A stretch of 64,000 nucleotides of DNA from Albugo candida (taxonomy: Eukaryota): the NCBI GenBank assembly GCA_040437565.1, contig JBDOQK010000004.1, positions 248,001-312,000 of the forward strand, in the 5' to 3' direction. Position numbers and translations under genes: made by a program. This document shows positions 49,410-63,557 of this stretch, one piece after another; position 1 is the first letter of the stretch; each line of letters starts with the position of its first letter. The notes beneath the pieces are model-generated. The model did not search any database and was not told the origin of the DNA. It was given only the letters and a program-made list of their open reading frames with translations.

Positions 49410-51440
49410 AGGGAATTGCTATTTCCACCCAGCTTTTTGCTATTTCCACCCACCAATGTATTTTTTTGACCAATCTGATTACGACGTTATTACCACAGCA
49501 ATATGACTTTCTGACCAATCAGATTACGGCGTTGTTTTCCACCCTACTTTTTACTATTTCCACCCACCTTTCTCAATGTCCTATTTCATCAATTGCAACC
49601 AATCTTTTGCCACTCGTTGTGATATCATTGAACACGTTCGCCACGTGTGTCGTGAGTCTGGCTATGTGGTGCCGATAAAACGTTCAGATGGAGACAGGCG
49701 AGTTTTGCTTGCTTGCGATCTTGGTGGGGAGTATAGGAGACGCTCTGTTGGAAACGTTGAGGGAAAGAAACGAACGGCAGGAAACAGACTGCAGGGGTGT
49801 CATTGAGAGGCTTTTGGAAAGAAATATGGAGATGGTTGCTGGAAGGTCAAAATGCGCAACAGCCAACACAATCATGAACCTTCAGAGAGTATGACTGGGC
49901 ACCCAGGATGCCGAAGAATGACTGAAGAAGAAAAGGGCCGCGTACAGGAACTCGTATCAGCTGGAGTCTCCGCATGTCAGGGATTAACACTTTTGCGTCG
50001 TGAATTTCCCGAATCACTGGCTATGGCGAAAACGTTCTACAACGCCAAAGCGCAATGTCGTCTGAAGGAATTGGCAGGCAGGTCCCCGATCCAGGCTTTG
50101 ATGGATGAACTCACATTGAGAACGTGGACGCATAGTGTTAAAACCACCGGTGATGGGCGCGTCACACATTTGTTCATGGCCCATCCGACATCCATCCGTT
50201 TAGCACACCGGTTTTGTTAGATTCTTCTCTTGAAATGTACGGACAGAACGAACAGATTCAGGATGTCTCTGCTGAGCATTGTTGGACGAACGGGAATGAA
50301 CTCATCATTTTACTTGGCTTTTGCATTTTTATCACGGGAGAGGAATGCAGATTATATCTGGGCATTTAAGCAGTTGCGAAACATGTTGGTCCAAACTCCA
50401 GATGAACTGGTGACAGATCGCGACTTGGCACTAGCTGATACCATTGAACAAATATTTCCGGACTGCGCACATCTCCTATGCATGTGGCATATCGAAAATA
50501 TGTACTTGCGAATTGCAAGAAAGAATTTGGCACGAACGAGGAATGGGAGGAGTTTTTGGAAAGTTGGACAAATGTTTGTCGACAATTGCAAACTATGATG
50601 CAGGATGGAGCGCATTCAAAATCAAGTATGCTGGAAAGTCGGACGTTGTCAGCTATTTAGAGATACCTGGATTCCGCATAAAGCAAAATTTGTGCGTGCC
50701 TGGACAGACAANNNNNNNNNNNNNNNNNNNNNNNNNNNNNNNNNNNNNNNNNNNNNNNNNNNNNNNNNNNNNNNNNNNNNNNNNNNNNNNNNNNNNNNNN
50801 NNNNNNNNNNNAATTGCAAACTATGATGCAGGATGGAGCGCATTCAAAATCAAGTATGCTGGAAAGTCGGACGTTGTCAGCTATTTAGAGATACCTGGAT
50901 TCCGCATAAAGCAAAATTTGTGCGTGCCTGGACAGACAAGTTGATGCATTTTCAAAATACTTCGACGTCGGCGGTCGAAGGAGCGCATTCAGCTATAAAG
51001 CGGCACCTGCAAACATCTACTGTAAATCTGGATCTTGTTCAGTCAAGAATGAAGCAAGCCATTGAGCACCAAGCCCGGAAGCTTGAATCAAACATCGCTA
51101 GCGAACGCATCCGAATCCCACATGTATTCCGTGGTAGTGGAAGTTATGAGCAGCTGGTTGGAAGCGTCTCCGTTTTTGCTCTGAAAAAAATCGAAGAGCA
51201 ATTCAAGAGATCGAAAGAGGATTTGAAGAATGCGTGCAGTCATACATTGCGGAGAACAATGGGATTATCATGTGTGCATAAAGTCCATGAGCTTTATAAC
51301 AGCCCCATGCCCTCAACATTGATCCACCAGCACTGACACCTAGGTGACATTATTACAATGCAATAACTGAAGGGCCAAGCAAGTTTCCATCAGGCCGAAC
51401 AACTTGAAAGCACTAGAAAGCCGCTATTTAAATTTCTAGA
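49410..51440 (+). mobile_element. Mutator/MULE DNA transposon, right end missing
   Basis: Left end GGGAATTGC with four TTTCCACCC repeats and two GACCAATC.GATTACG repeats, followed by the transposase. Confidence 0.85.
49576..51336 (+). pseudogene. MULE transposase (FAR1-like, DDE and SWIM)
   Basis: LACDLGGEY..GC..HNH (FAR1); CTDRTNRFRMSL..LAFAFL..VTDRDLAL..HLLCMWHI (MULE core); TSAVEGAHSAIK; CSH..TMGLSCVH (SWIM). Several stops and frameshifts. Confidence 0.92.
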
Positions 51441-51892
51441 CAGCTTAGTTGAAGGTGTCTATATTACTAGAATTAGACTAACTGGCTTCTCTAGTTGTCT
51501 AGGGCTAAATAACATATATACATATAAAAACGTTTCGTGAAATACCTGTGAGAGATGATAATATGTCGTCTCGCTGATAATCTCGTATCGTAGTAACCTC
51601 AGCACCCTTAATACGAGACTGTGTCCAGCTTGTAAATGCTCTAAAGTTGAAAAAGATGTAAAGTTGTAAAAATGGTCCAAAAGTACCGTGGTTTGCAAAT
51701 TGGTGTGCGCCACACTGCGGTGAGCGTAACCAGCCAACTAGGACTAGGATCTGAGTTGCACTTGCATTTTGACTTGTCTATGCCGTACCCGCNNNNNNNN
51801 NNNNNNNNNNNNNNNNNNNNNNNNNNNNNNNNNNNNNNNNNNNNNNNNNNNNNNNNNNNNNNNNNNNNNNNNNNNNNNNNNNNNNNNNNNNN

Positions 51893-54800
51893 GGATGTAC
51901 CAGATACCTATTCTCGATGCTTGAAGATGTTTCAAGAATTCAAACAGAGGTCCAAACGAGCCGGTCTGCTGGGATATTTTGAGAAAAATCCTAAAGAGCA
52001 GTGTAAATTCTCGTCAACGCGGTTAGACCTATGGATCTTCAGTTTAGAATCCGTCAAATGGTCAAGTTTGAAGTGGATGACATGAGGTCCGATCCGAAGA
52101 TGCTATTCAAACAGTTGACGAAAAAGGCAGCATAGTTCAATGAGTCCTACTTGGCAAGGAAATTTCTCAAGACCGCAACTGGAGACCTCAAACCGACAGG
52201 TTGTGATGCTGAGAAAGCGAAACGACCAACTGCTGCGACAAACAAGCCTAAATGGAAACCGAAGCAGGGATGCTGGAATTGTGGTCAAGATCACTGGCTA
52301 AGTGAATGTCCGAGCTTGAGCGAAGCTGAGAAGAAAGAACTGGCCGCAAAAAAGCGGGCCGAATTTTCCGCGAAAAAGTTACGACGTCAGAGTGACGCTG
52401 ATGCAAAAAAGTGGATGGTATCGTTTGAAATGAACTGTGGGAAGTTATCACTATTCCTGCTTGTCCAGATAACGGAGCAGATGATACCGTTCTTCCCGAG
52501 AGTTTGGTCAGAAGGTTGATCAATGCCGGAATGGAGCTCGATGTGAAGAGCATTTCGTCAAGAAAGTACCAGATAGGAAACGTGGAAGTGCTTAAAGATT
52601 GTAACCAAAAGGTGAACATGCAGTTGTGTCTGCAGACTCCAGTTGGTCCTGTACAGTTCCCGAATACGGATTGTTACATTATTTCAAGAAGCGTCGTGGG
52701 AAATACTTATCGGGAAACCTTTGTCAAATGCGGTTGGTATTGACGTCGACGAGCAGCTGCTTTCTCTAGCTGAGAGTCAGCGTTAATTTGAGAGGGATGG
52801 TGGACTCATGGAAGTTGATGAGTGTTTGGCGGAGGACGCCAATACTGTGGAATAAAAGATAGCACAGATTGTGACTGCCTCGATTAAAAATGGTCAAATG
52901 GAAAAACATCGGGAGCCATTAGTTCGTTTGCTTTCGAAATATCAATGTTGTTTTGCGACAGAATTCTTGGTTTTTACTCCTGCAGAGGTTGAGCCGCTGT
53001 CGTTACAGCTCGTGAAAGATGCACAACCGGTTCGTGGAAGATTTAGAACGTATGCTCCCTTGATGGTTCAAGTGATGAAGGAACATGTGGATAAGCTTCT
53101 TTCAGCAGGTTTCATTTACGAAAACACTAGCTCGAGGTGGAGTTCTCCCTGTTACCTGGAAAAATCAATACAGAATGACCATAGACTATCGGTGGGGGTG
53201 AACAGGATGATTCAGCCGAAGTGTGGTTGAATGCCTTATTTGGCGACAAAAGACGTTATCTTGAAGAAAATGACCACGTTTGGAATTATGGACATGTGTT
53301 CTGGTTTTTGGCAACTTCCTTTAGATGTGCACAGTCAAGAGATGCTACCGATTGCAAAGTCTGTACACCAAATCGTGTACCTCAAGTCGCAGTTGATTCT
53401 GCTTTGTATTTTCAATCAGTTATGATCAAGTGCTTTGAAGTATCATTGGATAATTCAGTTCTCATTTGGATGGACGATCTGTTGTTGTTTGCAGGAGATG
53501 AGGTCACTTTTCTCAAGGTATTAGAGGATGTGTTGAATATTGTGAAAAAATTCAACTTGAAGATCAATCCGGATAAAACCAGGCTGTTCTTGAAAGAAGC
53601 TCGATGGTGTGGGAAGATTCATGATGGAGATGGAATAAAGCAAGATCCTGAGAAGTTACAAGGTCTGCGGGACTTGAGAAGTCCGAATACAGTCAGTGAA
53701 CTACAACAGTTTCTTTGTGGAATGAACAGGTTGAGAGGGTCGATACCAGACTACGCAAGAGTAGTTCGTGTTCTTCAAGAGTTGCTGAAGGTCAAATTGG
53801 CTGGAACGTCAGGAACAAAACGATTGGGGAGAAATATGTCTTTAGTATTGAATCAGGAGCAGATGGATTGCTTTCAGATGGCTAAGGAGCTCTTAATGAA
53901 GAGTGTGAAGCTGCATCACTTGGTGGACACCGCTGTGATATGTCTCTTTACGGATGCGAGCTTGTATGGATTGAGTGTAGTAATAACACAAGTTGTGAAG
54001 TGGAATTCCTCAATTACCGTGGAGAAACAAGCACATCAGGCAGTCATATTCCTATCTGGATACTTTAGTCAAGTCGAGTTATACTGGACGGTCACTGAGA
54101 AGGAGGCGTTTCCTATTGTTATGGCGCTGGATAAGGCAGACTTCATTCTTCGTCGTTTGAATGGATTCAGAATGTATTGTGATCACAAGAATCTCATTCG
54201 CATATTTGCTCCGGACCGAAACACAAAGAAGATCTCGGTTGGAAGACTCCATCGGTGGAGCATGAAACTGATGTCATTTGAATATGAGGCTTATCATATA
54301 GCAGGAATTTTGAAGGTATGGGCGGATATCCTTTCTCGCTGGATAGAGGCACCAGATGAGCTCAAGGCGATAAGAAGGTTGAGCAGAAATCCAACTTTCG
54401 TCTCCGACCAGTACTCTCATATTGATCCATTGAGATCAGGAATCATGCCCCTCCCAACATATGAGGTTATAGGAGAGATGCAGAAGACATATTATCCCGG
54501 TGGAGTTGCCGGTTTGAAATTTTTCAAGTTGAAACAAGTTTGGGAGAAAGCGGGGCTTATTTAGATCCCAAATCAAGATGCGGAAATCAATATTCGACTA
54601 CTGAATATTGGACGCCATGGTATTGCAGGACATCGGGGCTCAAAGTCTCTATCATCCATGCTGGGAAGAATATTCTGGATACATCAGCTTCAAGGCAAGT
54701 GCGACGAATTTTGTAGGAACTGTGTTATCTGTTTACAAACCAAGGGAGGAAAAACTATACCAAGACCGTGGAGCACTGTACGTGGACACTTCAAACGAAA

Positions 54801-55923
54801 CGAGCGATTACATTGGGATTACTGCTTTGTTGATCCATCGTACAATGGTGAGAAATGGGTGCTCGTATTGAAAGATGCTTCCAGTCATTATTGTGTATTG
54901 CGTACTTGTGTTAACCCGAGTGCTGAACATGCTGCTTCGTGCATGCTTGAATGGAAATCGCTGTTTGGAATGCCGAAAATTTGGGTCAGTGATAGTGGAA
55001 CTCACTTCAAAAACAGACACTGAGCTCGCTCGTCTAACCAAATCCTCATACGAATATATTCTTGCGTATTGTCACTGGAAGAAAAGAAGTGTAGAGCGCG
55101 TCATAAGAGATTTACTACAGGTGCTGAGGGCTATGGTGGCAGAAATGATATTGGATATGAAGAAATGGCCTGATATTATATCGAGTGTTATGGGAATATT
55201 GAATTAAACTCCGTGTCAATCGCTCGGTGGAAGAAGTGCTATTGAATGTTTTACAGTATTGAAGCCGGATACTCCACTAGATCGTGTGTATATGCTTGAT
55301 GATTTGGTTAGCCCGAAAGCAGTGGAAATACGTACATGTGATGAAGAGATGCAGATTTTGCACCAGTCACTAGTGGATATTCATCTGGAGATTGCTGATG
55401 AAGCGGAGAGAAGACAACTCCAGAGTCAACTGGCTCAGAGCGTGCAACCTGCGTTACTTACTGTTGGTGATATGGTTATCTGGGCGAAAGTCGACATGAA
55501 ACTGCATTCGAACAAGCAGTGGGTCAATTGGCTCGGCCCCTATCGAGTTGAAGAATGCAAAGAATATTCATGGTGATCAAACACTTGTTCACAGGTCGGG
55601 CAAATGAAGTCCATCACGGTCGGTTGAAATTCTATCGCGATTCGGAGCTAGAGGCAACTGATGACATAGTGGCTCACGTATTAAACCAAGATTTGATGCT
55701 AAATGTGGAGTCGATCCGAGGTCATCGCAAAGTGCACGGGAAATGGGAGTTCCTGATTCAATGGCAGGGTCTCGAAGAGGTGGAGGCATCATGGGAGCCT
55801 TATGTATCTTTGAAGCGAGATGTACCTATTCTAGTCTCGAGATACTGTCAGAGTTGTGACTCAACAGAGTTGAAGACATTGAATTCCCATTTTGGGAGCA
55901 GTGTGGTGGATAATGGCGATTAA
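51893..55923 (+). pseudogene. Gypsy gag-pol with C-terminal chromodomain
   Basis: CWNCGQDHWLSEC; PDNGADD (protease); DMCSGFWQL, IWMDDLLL (RT); FTDAS, EKEAF, CDHKNL, ADILSR (RNase H); H..GH..C..C, HWDY, VSDSGTHF (integrase); VESIRGHR..WEFLIQWQGLEEVEASWEP (chromodomain). Confidence 0.94.
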
Positions 55924-56204
55924 ATGGAAACCAATCGGATCTGTAACGTACATGTACATCGTTGTATTATGGACAGTACGGTACATGTAGATGTGTGGTA
56001 CACATCAGTCTAGTTCATATCTATTGGAGATTAAACCAGTGGCTGTGCGCGAATCCTTCCTTTAGGCTTAGACTAACTAGGAGAATGAACTAAGGACCTT
56101 GGGAAAATAATATACATACTTTTTCCTTTATTTATGTAGTGCTTCCGGATTATTCCAGCCCTCTGATCACAGGCCTCGAGTATTCTAATCCGAAGACCAC
56201 CACA
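55902..56204 (+). repeat. Gypsy 3' LTR (303 bp)
   Basis: Begins TGTGGTGG right after the PPT and ends CCACCACA (8-bp terminal inverted repeat). No partner LTR in the window. Confidence 0.8.
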
Positions 56205-56344
56205 AGGTGCCGAAAAATCATCATCTCTTAAGATATGAATAGTCAGAATTAGTTCTTCCGATTAAAATATTCACTTTGATGTACAATAGTTTGACCGTTA
56301 TCCCATTAACAAAACTGGTAGTGGAAATTTGATGTTGCCTTCGA

Positions 56345-58395
56345 AGGATAGTAAGTGATTACTTTCCCATTTCTCTCCATGTGGCTCACTTTTCAAAATA
56401 TGGGCGATAATATCTCCAGATTTATCGAAATCCGTGATTTGTGATTGACCATTTATGCTACAAAGTAAAAGATTAGCTTATTACTTCCAAAGCATTGCTT
56501 TTGGCTTACAAATCTGAGATTATGTGATCTTGTGCCTCCACGCCAGTGAGCCCAATAGTAGCTTGATGACTGCCAGCACTCGACCCATCCTCAAAACCGA
56601 AGCAAGGCGTAATTCCGCGCATATCCACAGACCCGGACCACAAGATCGCAGCTGAATAAAGAATCGGCTTCATCATCACGTTGGCACTAGAATGATAAAT
56701 CGCAAATGATCAGTTCGTTGAAGAAACTGTGATCGCGTGTGAGCGCGAGGCTGAGGGTAGGAATTGAGGTGATGTATATTACGCCCTGGCTCCATAGGCT
56801 CAGAGCCAAACATTGACTCCGCGCGATTTGTCCATCTTGTGGGTATTCGATTGGGAAAGAAAGCAACGATATCTACTGTGTTTGCTCGAAATGCTGTGTT
56901 GTTCATCTTGTCAATAGAGATATCGCCACTTCTAAAGTATGTTTATCAGCACATTCGCACTATATCCCCGTATAAAGTACATGAGGGGCAGAACAAGTAT
57001 GTGTGATCCTCTCAGAGGCTAGATGAGCTGTGGCGTGCATATATTATTTGCAGATAACTACAGGACCTCGTCTCCGAGCTTAGCCAGAATTTTAATTTAC
57101 ACAAAACCTTCTTTTTTTAAAAGGGAGGTGAAGAGAACACCTAGTTATCCCTTTCGTGTTCCAATTTTTTCTCGAATATTCCAACGACAACGACATCTTT
57201 TATAGCACGCAACTATTGAGATGGGCATCAACCGTATATAAAGGGTGGAGACATAATCTATGCTAGAAATAGTTGAAGAAAGCTCATTATGCTACTTGTT
57301 TTTTAGCTACAGCAGCGAGGCAGAAGAGGTTGCTAATGCACCATCTTTTTGAAGTACTCACAAAGCCTGATTAGTGGAAATCTCAAAAAATTGAAATTGT
57401 GGATGGTCAGAAGTTGATAGTTTTGTGAGCACGGGAAGAGCTGGTATGATCTCCGGTAAATGAGATCCGTTTGAGGGTGCGACAGTAGAGGAAAGAGTTT
57501 TGTATGCAAAGCTTTATCGATTTGAAGTCGCTGTTTCATTATTGAGCAGAGGAAGCTAGATTAATAGTGCCTGATCTAAACAGCATGCCGATAGCGACGA
57601 AATTAGCCAAGTTCTGTGGACAATGCTCCCAGGTCCCGCAACAGGAAGAGGAACATCATCTCTATAACACTGTACTCAGGAAAGTGCTTCTGATGTTCCT
57701 GGAAGAGGCTACCACTTCGTGATCGCACTCAAGCTGGGTTATATCAACATATTCGATCTCTGCATCAGAAAATTCTTCCTTTGTGAACTTTCTTGTTGGC
57801 TTAAAAGAACAGATATTTTTCGTGAGTTGATGTTTTGTACTACTTGTCCACTCCAGCAATAGGNNNNNNNNNNNNNNNNNNNNNNNNNNNNNNNNNNNNN
57901 NNNNNNNNNNNNNNNNNNNNNNNNNNNNNNNNNNNNNNNNNNNNNNNNNNNNNNNNNNNNNNNGGCTTAAAAGAACAGATATTTTTCGTGAGTTGATGTT
58001 TTGTACTACTTGTCCACTCCAGCAATAGGGCAATTGTTTGATGCTTTTGCAAACAAGACAAGAAAAATGACCCGTGTGTTCAATTATTGGTGTTTTCAGA
58101 AGGAATACTCATTTCGGTATCCAAATTCAAACTCGATACCATGGAAGCTTGGTTATAAGGCGATGTCTTTGGAATGAATTTTAGAAGGCTTACTCTTTAT
58201 ACCGAAAGACCGTTGTTCGTCGCTAGATTGAAATAGGCGCATCACCCTGATTTCCTGTCCATTAATGCACAAACTTGATATGACGAACCGTAAGTGCTCA
58301 TACTAGCGGCCAATTCGACACCTACGTGTTCAATGTACTTATGTGGTCTCGTGCTGCTTTTCTCGTCTTTGAATTGGTACAATACATTTAAAATT
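56345..58395 (-). repeat. Inverted homolog of the 26140-28080 block
   Basis: See 26140-28080. Confidence 0.85.
56506..56676 (-). pseudogene. Secreted effector-like family member C (56-aa truncated ORF)
   Basis: MMKPILYSAAILWSGSVDMRGITPCFGFEDGSSAGSHQA...*, with the same upstream region as members A and B. Confidence 0.45.
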
Positions 58396-61029
58396 ATAGG
58401 GCTCAGGATGGTGTGACGAGCCTAATCGTCAGAAATGAAGACTTGACAAAATCTGCTTGTTTCTTCCTGATTTTAGATATCTCACGAGGATTTCTGGTAT
58501 ATATCACTTCCTGACTACACGATGTGTCATAGCATCAACGCGCAATCACCTCGCATCTTGGACTCACGCTCGGCAGCTGAAAGAGAATCAGTACAATTTT
58601 CTCTGTGACAAGAGCATGAAGCCAAGTGATACCAGATCGATCACCTCATTGGACGCTTTCGGTCCGCATTGTGATTTTTTAGTGTTCGATTGCTATTTTG
58701 TTATCAGGAGCAATACTGGTGATTGCGAGAAACTTTGTGTGGAACTTTTGTTATCCCCTTGGTTTATATTTGATTAACGTTTGTCACGTTAGTTTTGCAC
58801 AATCCTATCCAAGAAGTGTTGAAAGAAAGCATTGCTGATAATGCTCCGTTCATGAAATCATTCTGCTGTAAGCATAGCGGGATATGTGGTGACTGGTGCT
58901 GATATCGTCGTGTTACTTATGCTTTCCGTATTGCAGATATGTGCATGCGCCAGCCGCGCTCATTCTATTCATACGTGTCCTTTTCTCAACTGCTTCCTTG
59001 ATCCAAGGCGATCTGGGGCTCAACCTCATAATTTAGATGCTAACGTTGACTACAAATGGTATTTTTCAGCTTCAAATGCTTTACAACTTGAAGCCGAAAA
59101 AATATACGAAAAGTATCAATGATGATAGTTTTTGCGGTTTGAGGTTGCTCGATGCCATCTCAAGTATGCCATTCCGCATATCGTCGGAGTCCTCGTTGAT
59201 ATGTCACATACTTAAAAGCACTTCGAATCATTCATGAAATTGTTTTGCAATCTTCAAGTTAATGGAGCTAGCCCGTCGAGGAAACCGAACGTACTAGAAT
59301 GCGCTATGCTTTGCTGTCGGTTTCAGCTTTACTCGATTTAAAACTATCAAAGATAGAACATATTGACAGTGATACTTTTTTTCGTTCATGAAAAGATATT
59401 CAGTTGAGCTTGCTCGTGTGTTCGGGTTCACAGTTGAATCTTTAGCGACTGATTCGGAAATTGCACCCTTCTCTGTCAGCTTGTTTTCGTAACAAAGGAT
59501 TACTGGTGAGTCTTACCGTCCTGGTCTTTGACTCGGTCAATTGTCTCAGACATTTCCAGCTGATCCATTATCATACAGGAACTATTTTATGACTCATCAG
59601 GAGGCGGCGGAATTCTTCTGATACATGCACAAGTTCACTTCGGATTTATGGGCATGCCACTCGTTCCTCCGCGTGCTACAGCTTTGCTTCACCGAGTTCC
59701 TGATTTCCCGTCGTGTTGTTCGTTGCTTATATGATTCTATGCGTCATAGTATCAGCTACCATCAGACTGAAGTTTGTAGATTCACTGATCTCATAGCACT
59801 GATTCTTTATAAAGATTATCCCATATATTGCTGGAGTGTGTGCACGTTTCTCAAATACTTTTTTGTGACGCATAAACGGTACTCTGCGTCGAAAAGCTCC
59901 ATTCGATGCTTTTAGCAGCCCGTAGAAGCCGATCGCGCGATACGGTTTGGCTGCAAAAATTCCACCAAGTAGAATTACGTGAAAACTTTTTGTCTCCCGC
60001 GATAATTCTGCGCACATTACATTGATCAGCAAACCATAGGTCTAGTAACGCAAACGAAATGCAAGATTTTGCGTAATAATTTGTATCTCAGCAAATCGGA
60101 GACAGAACGAACACAATCTGATTATCCATTTGCTTGTAATCTGGGCTGATCTGGTACTCAATTGCACGTGTCGAAGGTGAAGTTTTTGCGCAAAAGAAAA
60201 AAGTCCGGATCAGTTGAGGCAGCAGAATCATGAACGCATCTTCTCATTGATCAAAATGAGCTCACAAGGCTTCAGTTAATATTCGTGTCGTCCTTGGTTC
60301 GGTCAATATAAACTCGCGAAGGAATGCAATATTTGAGCGTGAAAGAGCATCTTCGAATCATCACGAGGCGTTTGTCGCCGACAAAATGGAAAACGTCCTT
60401 AGCGTGATAACGGCTGTGTAATGGAGTACTTGAAATGGATAAAATAAATTCAGAGCTTGTCCCAAAGCACATTGCTGAGGAAGAGGGCCTCCATCACAAC
60501 AGTATTTGTTCCAAGTACTGCTCAGTTGTAAGTTTGTATGAAGGCGCTTTTCCTGGAAGATAATACGAAGACTTTTTTTAATTTTATAATTTAATCGTTC
60601 GCTACGCATTTATGTGGCGATTGTTACTTGTTGGTCGACTTGTTTCGGTACAATGATTTGATAGACGACTAAGACCTCAACCGACCGATTACGCTCCCTT
60701 TCATGTTAGAAATATTAACATGGCTTGAGCACCCATATGCTACATGACGTGGGCTTGATACTTCATTAGAAAAGATCTATGCGACAATAGTTTGAAGCTT
60801 AGTCTAATTCAGATACTCTCCAATTTCCGTGCTAAACTCGATACTAAATGGGTCCTTCCGAGTTGATGCTACCAACGCGAATATAAATAATATTGGGTCG
60901 AGTATACACCACATAGTGGGGATTTAATGGATTGTAGCGAGTGTCCACAAGGTCTATCTCAAAAGTAATCTTGAATGTCAAGAGGAAGAAGTGCCTACCT
61001 GACACATGTATATTTGCTTACAGAAATCC

Positions 61030-61800
61030 ATCCAAGTATATATGCATTGCTCCATCAGGAATAATTGATGGGACAGGAATCCGCGTTTTACTTATTGCTT
61101 CATTGTTGGACCGGATCCAATTTATTGCTACTTGCAAGCGTTCACGTTTTTCGTCGATTCCCAACATAGGACGTGCACTGTCTGGGCATAAGCGCCAAAA
61201 TTCCCTCCCCCCCCGCATTTATCGATCGCATCAGATTAGTTACCATCATGACATAATATCGAACACATTTCCGCTTTGAGAGCCTTTTCTCCAATGCTGA
61301 TTTGACACAAGTTCAAGACTCGCGCCTTGGATCCGAGAATGATCGAAGTAGGAGTGCTGTAAAGACGATAGCATACTAAATAGGTTTAGCCGTAAGAAAT
61401 GCCTGACTGGTATTCATAATGAGCCCATGAAAATTTACTGCTTTAAATTTCGTGCAAGATGAACACTTTGGATAAGCACGCGTGGGTTTACTTTGGTTTT
61501 AGATAACACACTGTTTTGGGAAGTAAGGAATGCAGCTAGGCCTTCGTTTTGCCAACTTGCACACTCATGTCAAACTAGTTACTCTACGACTTTGAAAATT
61601 TCCTTGTAGACCAGACGTATCATTTTGACATTTACGTCATGTTGAAAAAGGTGAGTACCGAGTGCCAAAGCCTAGACGACCCAAAAAATAAAATTGAGTC
61701 AAATTTAGGCGGTGCTCATTGCTTAAAGCCTATTGAAACGAATCATGCTTTTCTCACTCGCATATATTGCCCACGTAGATCTAAAGCTTTGTAATCTTAT
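61030..61800 (+). repeat. Old dispersed repeat family B, copy 2
   Basis: Inverted similarity to 22720-23450. Confidence 0.75.
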
Positions 61801-63557
61801 GATATTACGCCCCAAGCGCTTATGTGTCCCGCATGTATTGGAATCTGATCGGGGAGGACACAGTAGCCCTAGACAGTCACAAGTGATCCGCATTGTATAG
61901 TAAAGTACCAGCAAGCTAGGCTCAATGTACTTTTAGAAAAGCATGAAGAGGTCAGGTTGTAATACACCACGGTTGATGGCGTCAAGACTGGATGGAGGGC
62001 AATCTATGGTTGAACAGAAAGCTTTTCAGTTCAGTTATAAAAAAGGAGAGCATGTGGAGTACATGACCAAAGAGTTAGAAGATTTTGTCGAGTGTGGCAT
62101 CAATCTGTCCGAGTTATTTATACCCATTTTCGTCGCTCTTTAATCTTGGTCCAATTTCGCTAGTTGACCTCGGCTACAAATCGCGGCTCGTAAGCATAGG
62201 GATCAATTATGAGGCTTTTTGCACCAGAATGGAGGTATCAGGATTCAAATTTTCACTACTTTCCTGTGCTGATAGGCGACTTTATACAGCCACACATTGG
62301 AATGAACGAACAAAGTCCAACATATTTATACAGGCTCGCATTCCTGCCGATGTTTGGCCTTCTCTAGCGAGCCAAATAACCGACGGAACGTGGCAGATTC
62401 CAGACTATGATTCCGTTATTCCGATGAGAATAATAAAGATGCGATAATGCTTGGATTATCGATTTGGAATTGACGATAGAAAGATCTTCTGATCTCAATC
62501 CTTTGACTGCAGCAGAGTCTACAGATAGATACGCCTAGTGCGTGACTGAAAAGCTTATCAATTTGGATGTGATTACCTTACGAAGTAAATTCACAAGAGC
62601 GTAACGATTGCATCATAGCGAACTATGCTGCTGCTGTCGTTGTTAGTAACACAACGTCAAGGTGGTAACTGTGCCAACTATTATGTAATATGATATGCAT
62701 GGAATTTATGAGCATGTTTGCTCGTTTACGACAGTAGCAGATGTATCAAACGAGCGTTTCTGTTTTTGTGGCAGGCTGGGGAATGATTTAAAATTCAATT
62801 CCACACAGTTATGGCAACTTTTTTAGATAGGAACTCGTACCTGCGCACAGCAGCCTACGATACGAAAAAGGACTTTTTAATTAATTAACAGAAACAAAGA
62901 TAGCTTTCTCTATGATCTGCTTCTCCAGCATGACCTTACGTTCTCTTCTCTTCTCTGCAGCGGCTGGACATCTGCTCTGTCACTGTAAAACTTGAAAGAC
63001 GTTGCTCAATAAAAATGTTGGAAAAGTGTCTAATTGGAGTAAGCCCTACGCATTCTTTCTCACTTGGTCAATAATTCACTTTGCAGTGTACCATGCGCTA
63101 ATGGGGTACAAATTGTTAATACATCCAACTCACGCGCAACATGTATTTGCAAAACTCGCTTGGAGTCGATCATGTTCAATCGAGGAGAGATAGCTCACAA
63201 GAGCAATCTCTGATGCAGTGGAAGTGCTTCTTGTATTGGTGATGAAATGCATAATAAGAAGTGACCCGCAAGTAAACAACCTTGCACACAAGCTATCTTA
63301 TCTTCCTTAAAACAGATTAACGAGCGTGATTGGAGCTGCTCTCCCTTCAATCCCTCATATTCTGTTTTTACAAGTTGTCGAGTCGACTGTGAGTTGGATG
63401 GATTATGACTTGACTCGACATAGCGTGATTGTTCGTCAGGGTGCTCTCTTATAGCGTGATAATCTCGAACAACAACAATGGAACTATAACTGCACAATCG
63501 CGTCAGAGTAATGTTTATATCCGAATGGTATCATTCCTGATTATTTTAATTAACGTG

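Larger units (their letters stand above)
51893..56204 (+). mobile_element. Ty3/Gypsy chromodomain-bearing LTR retrotransposon (5' end lost at the gap, decayed)
   Basis: Order gag knuckle-PR-RT-RH-IN-chromodomain, purine-rich tract GGGAGCAG, then 3' LTR. Confidence 0.94.

Noticed and set aside
51441-51792. 5' LTR of the Gypsy element
   Set aside because: It does not align with the 3' LTR (55902-56204) beyond an 11-bp word and is separated from the Gypsy by a gap.
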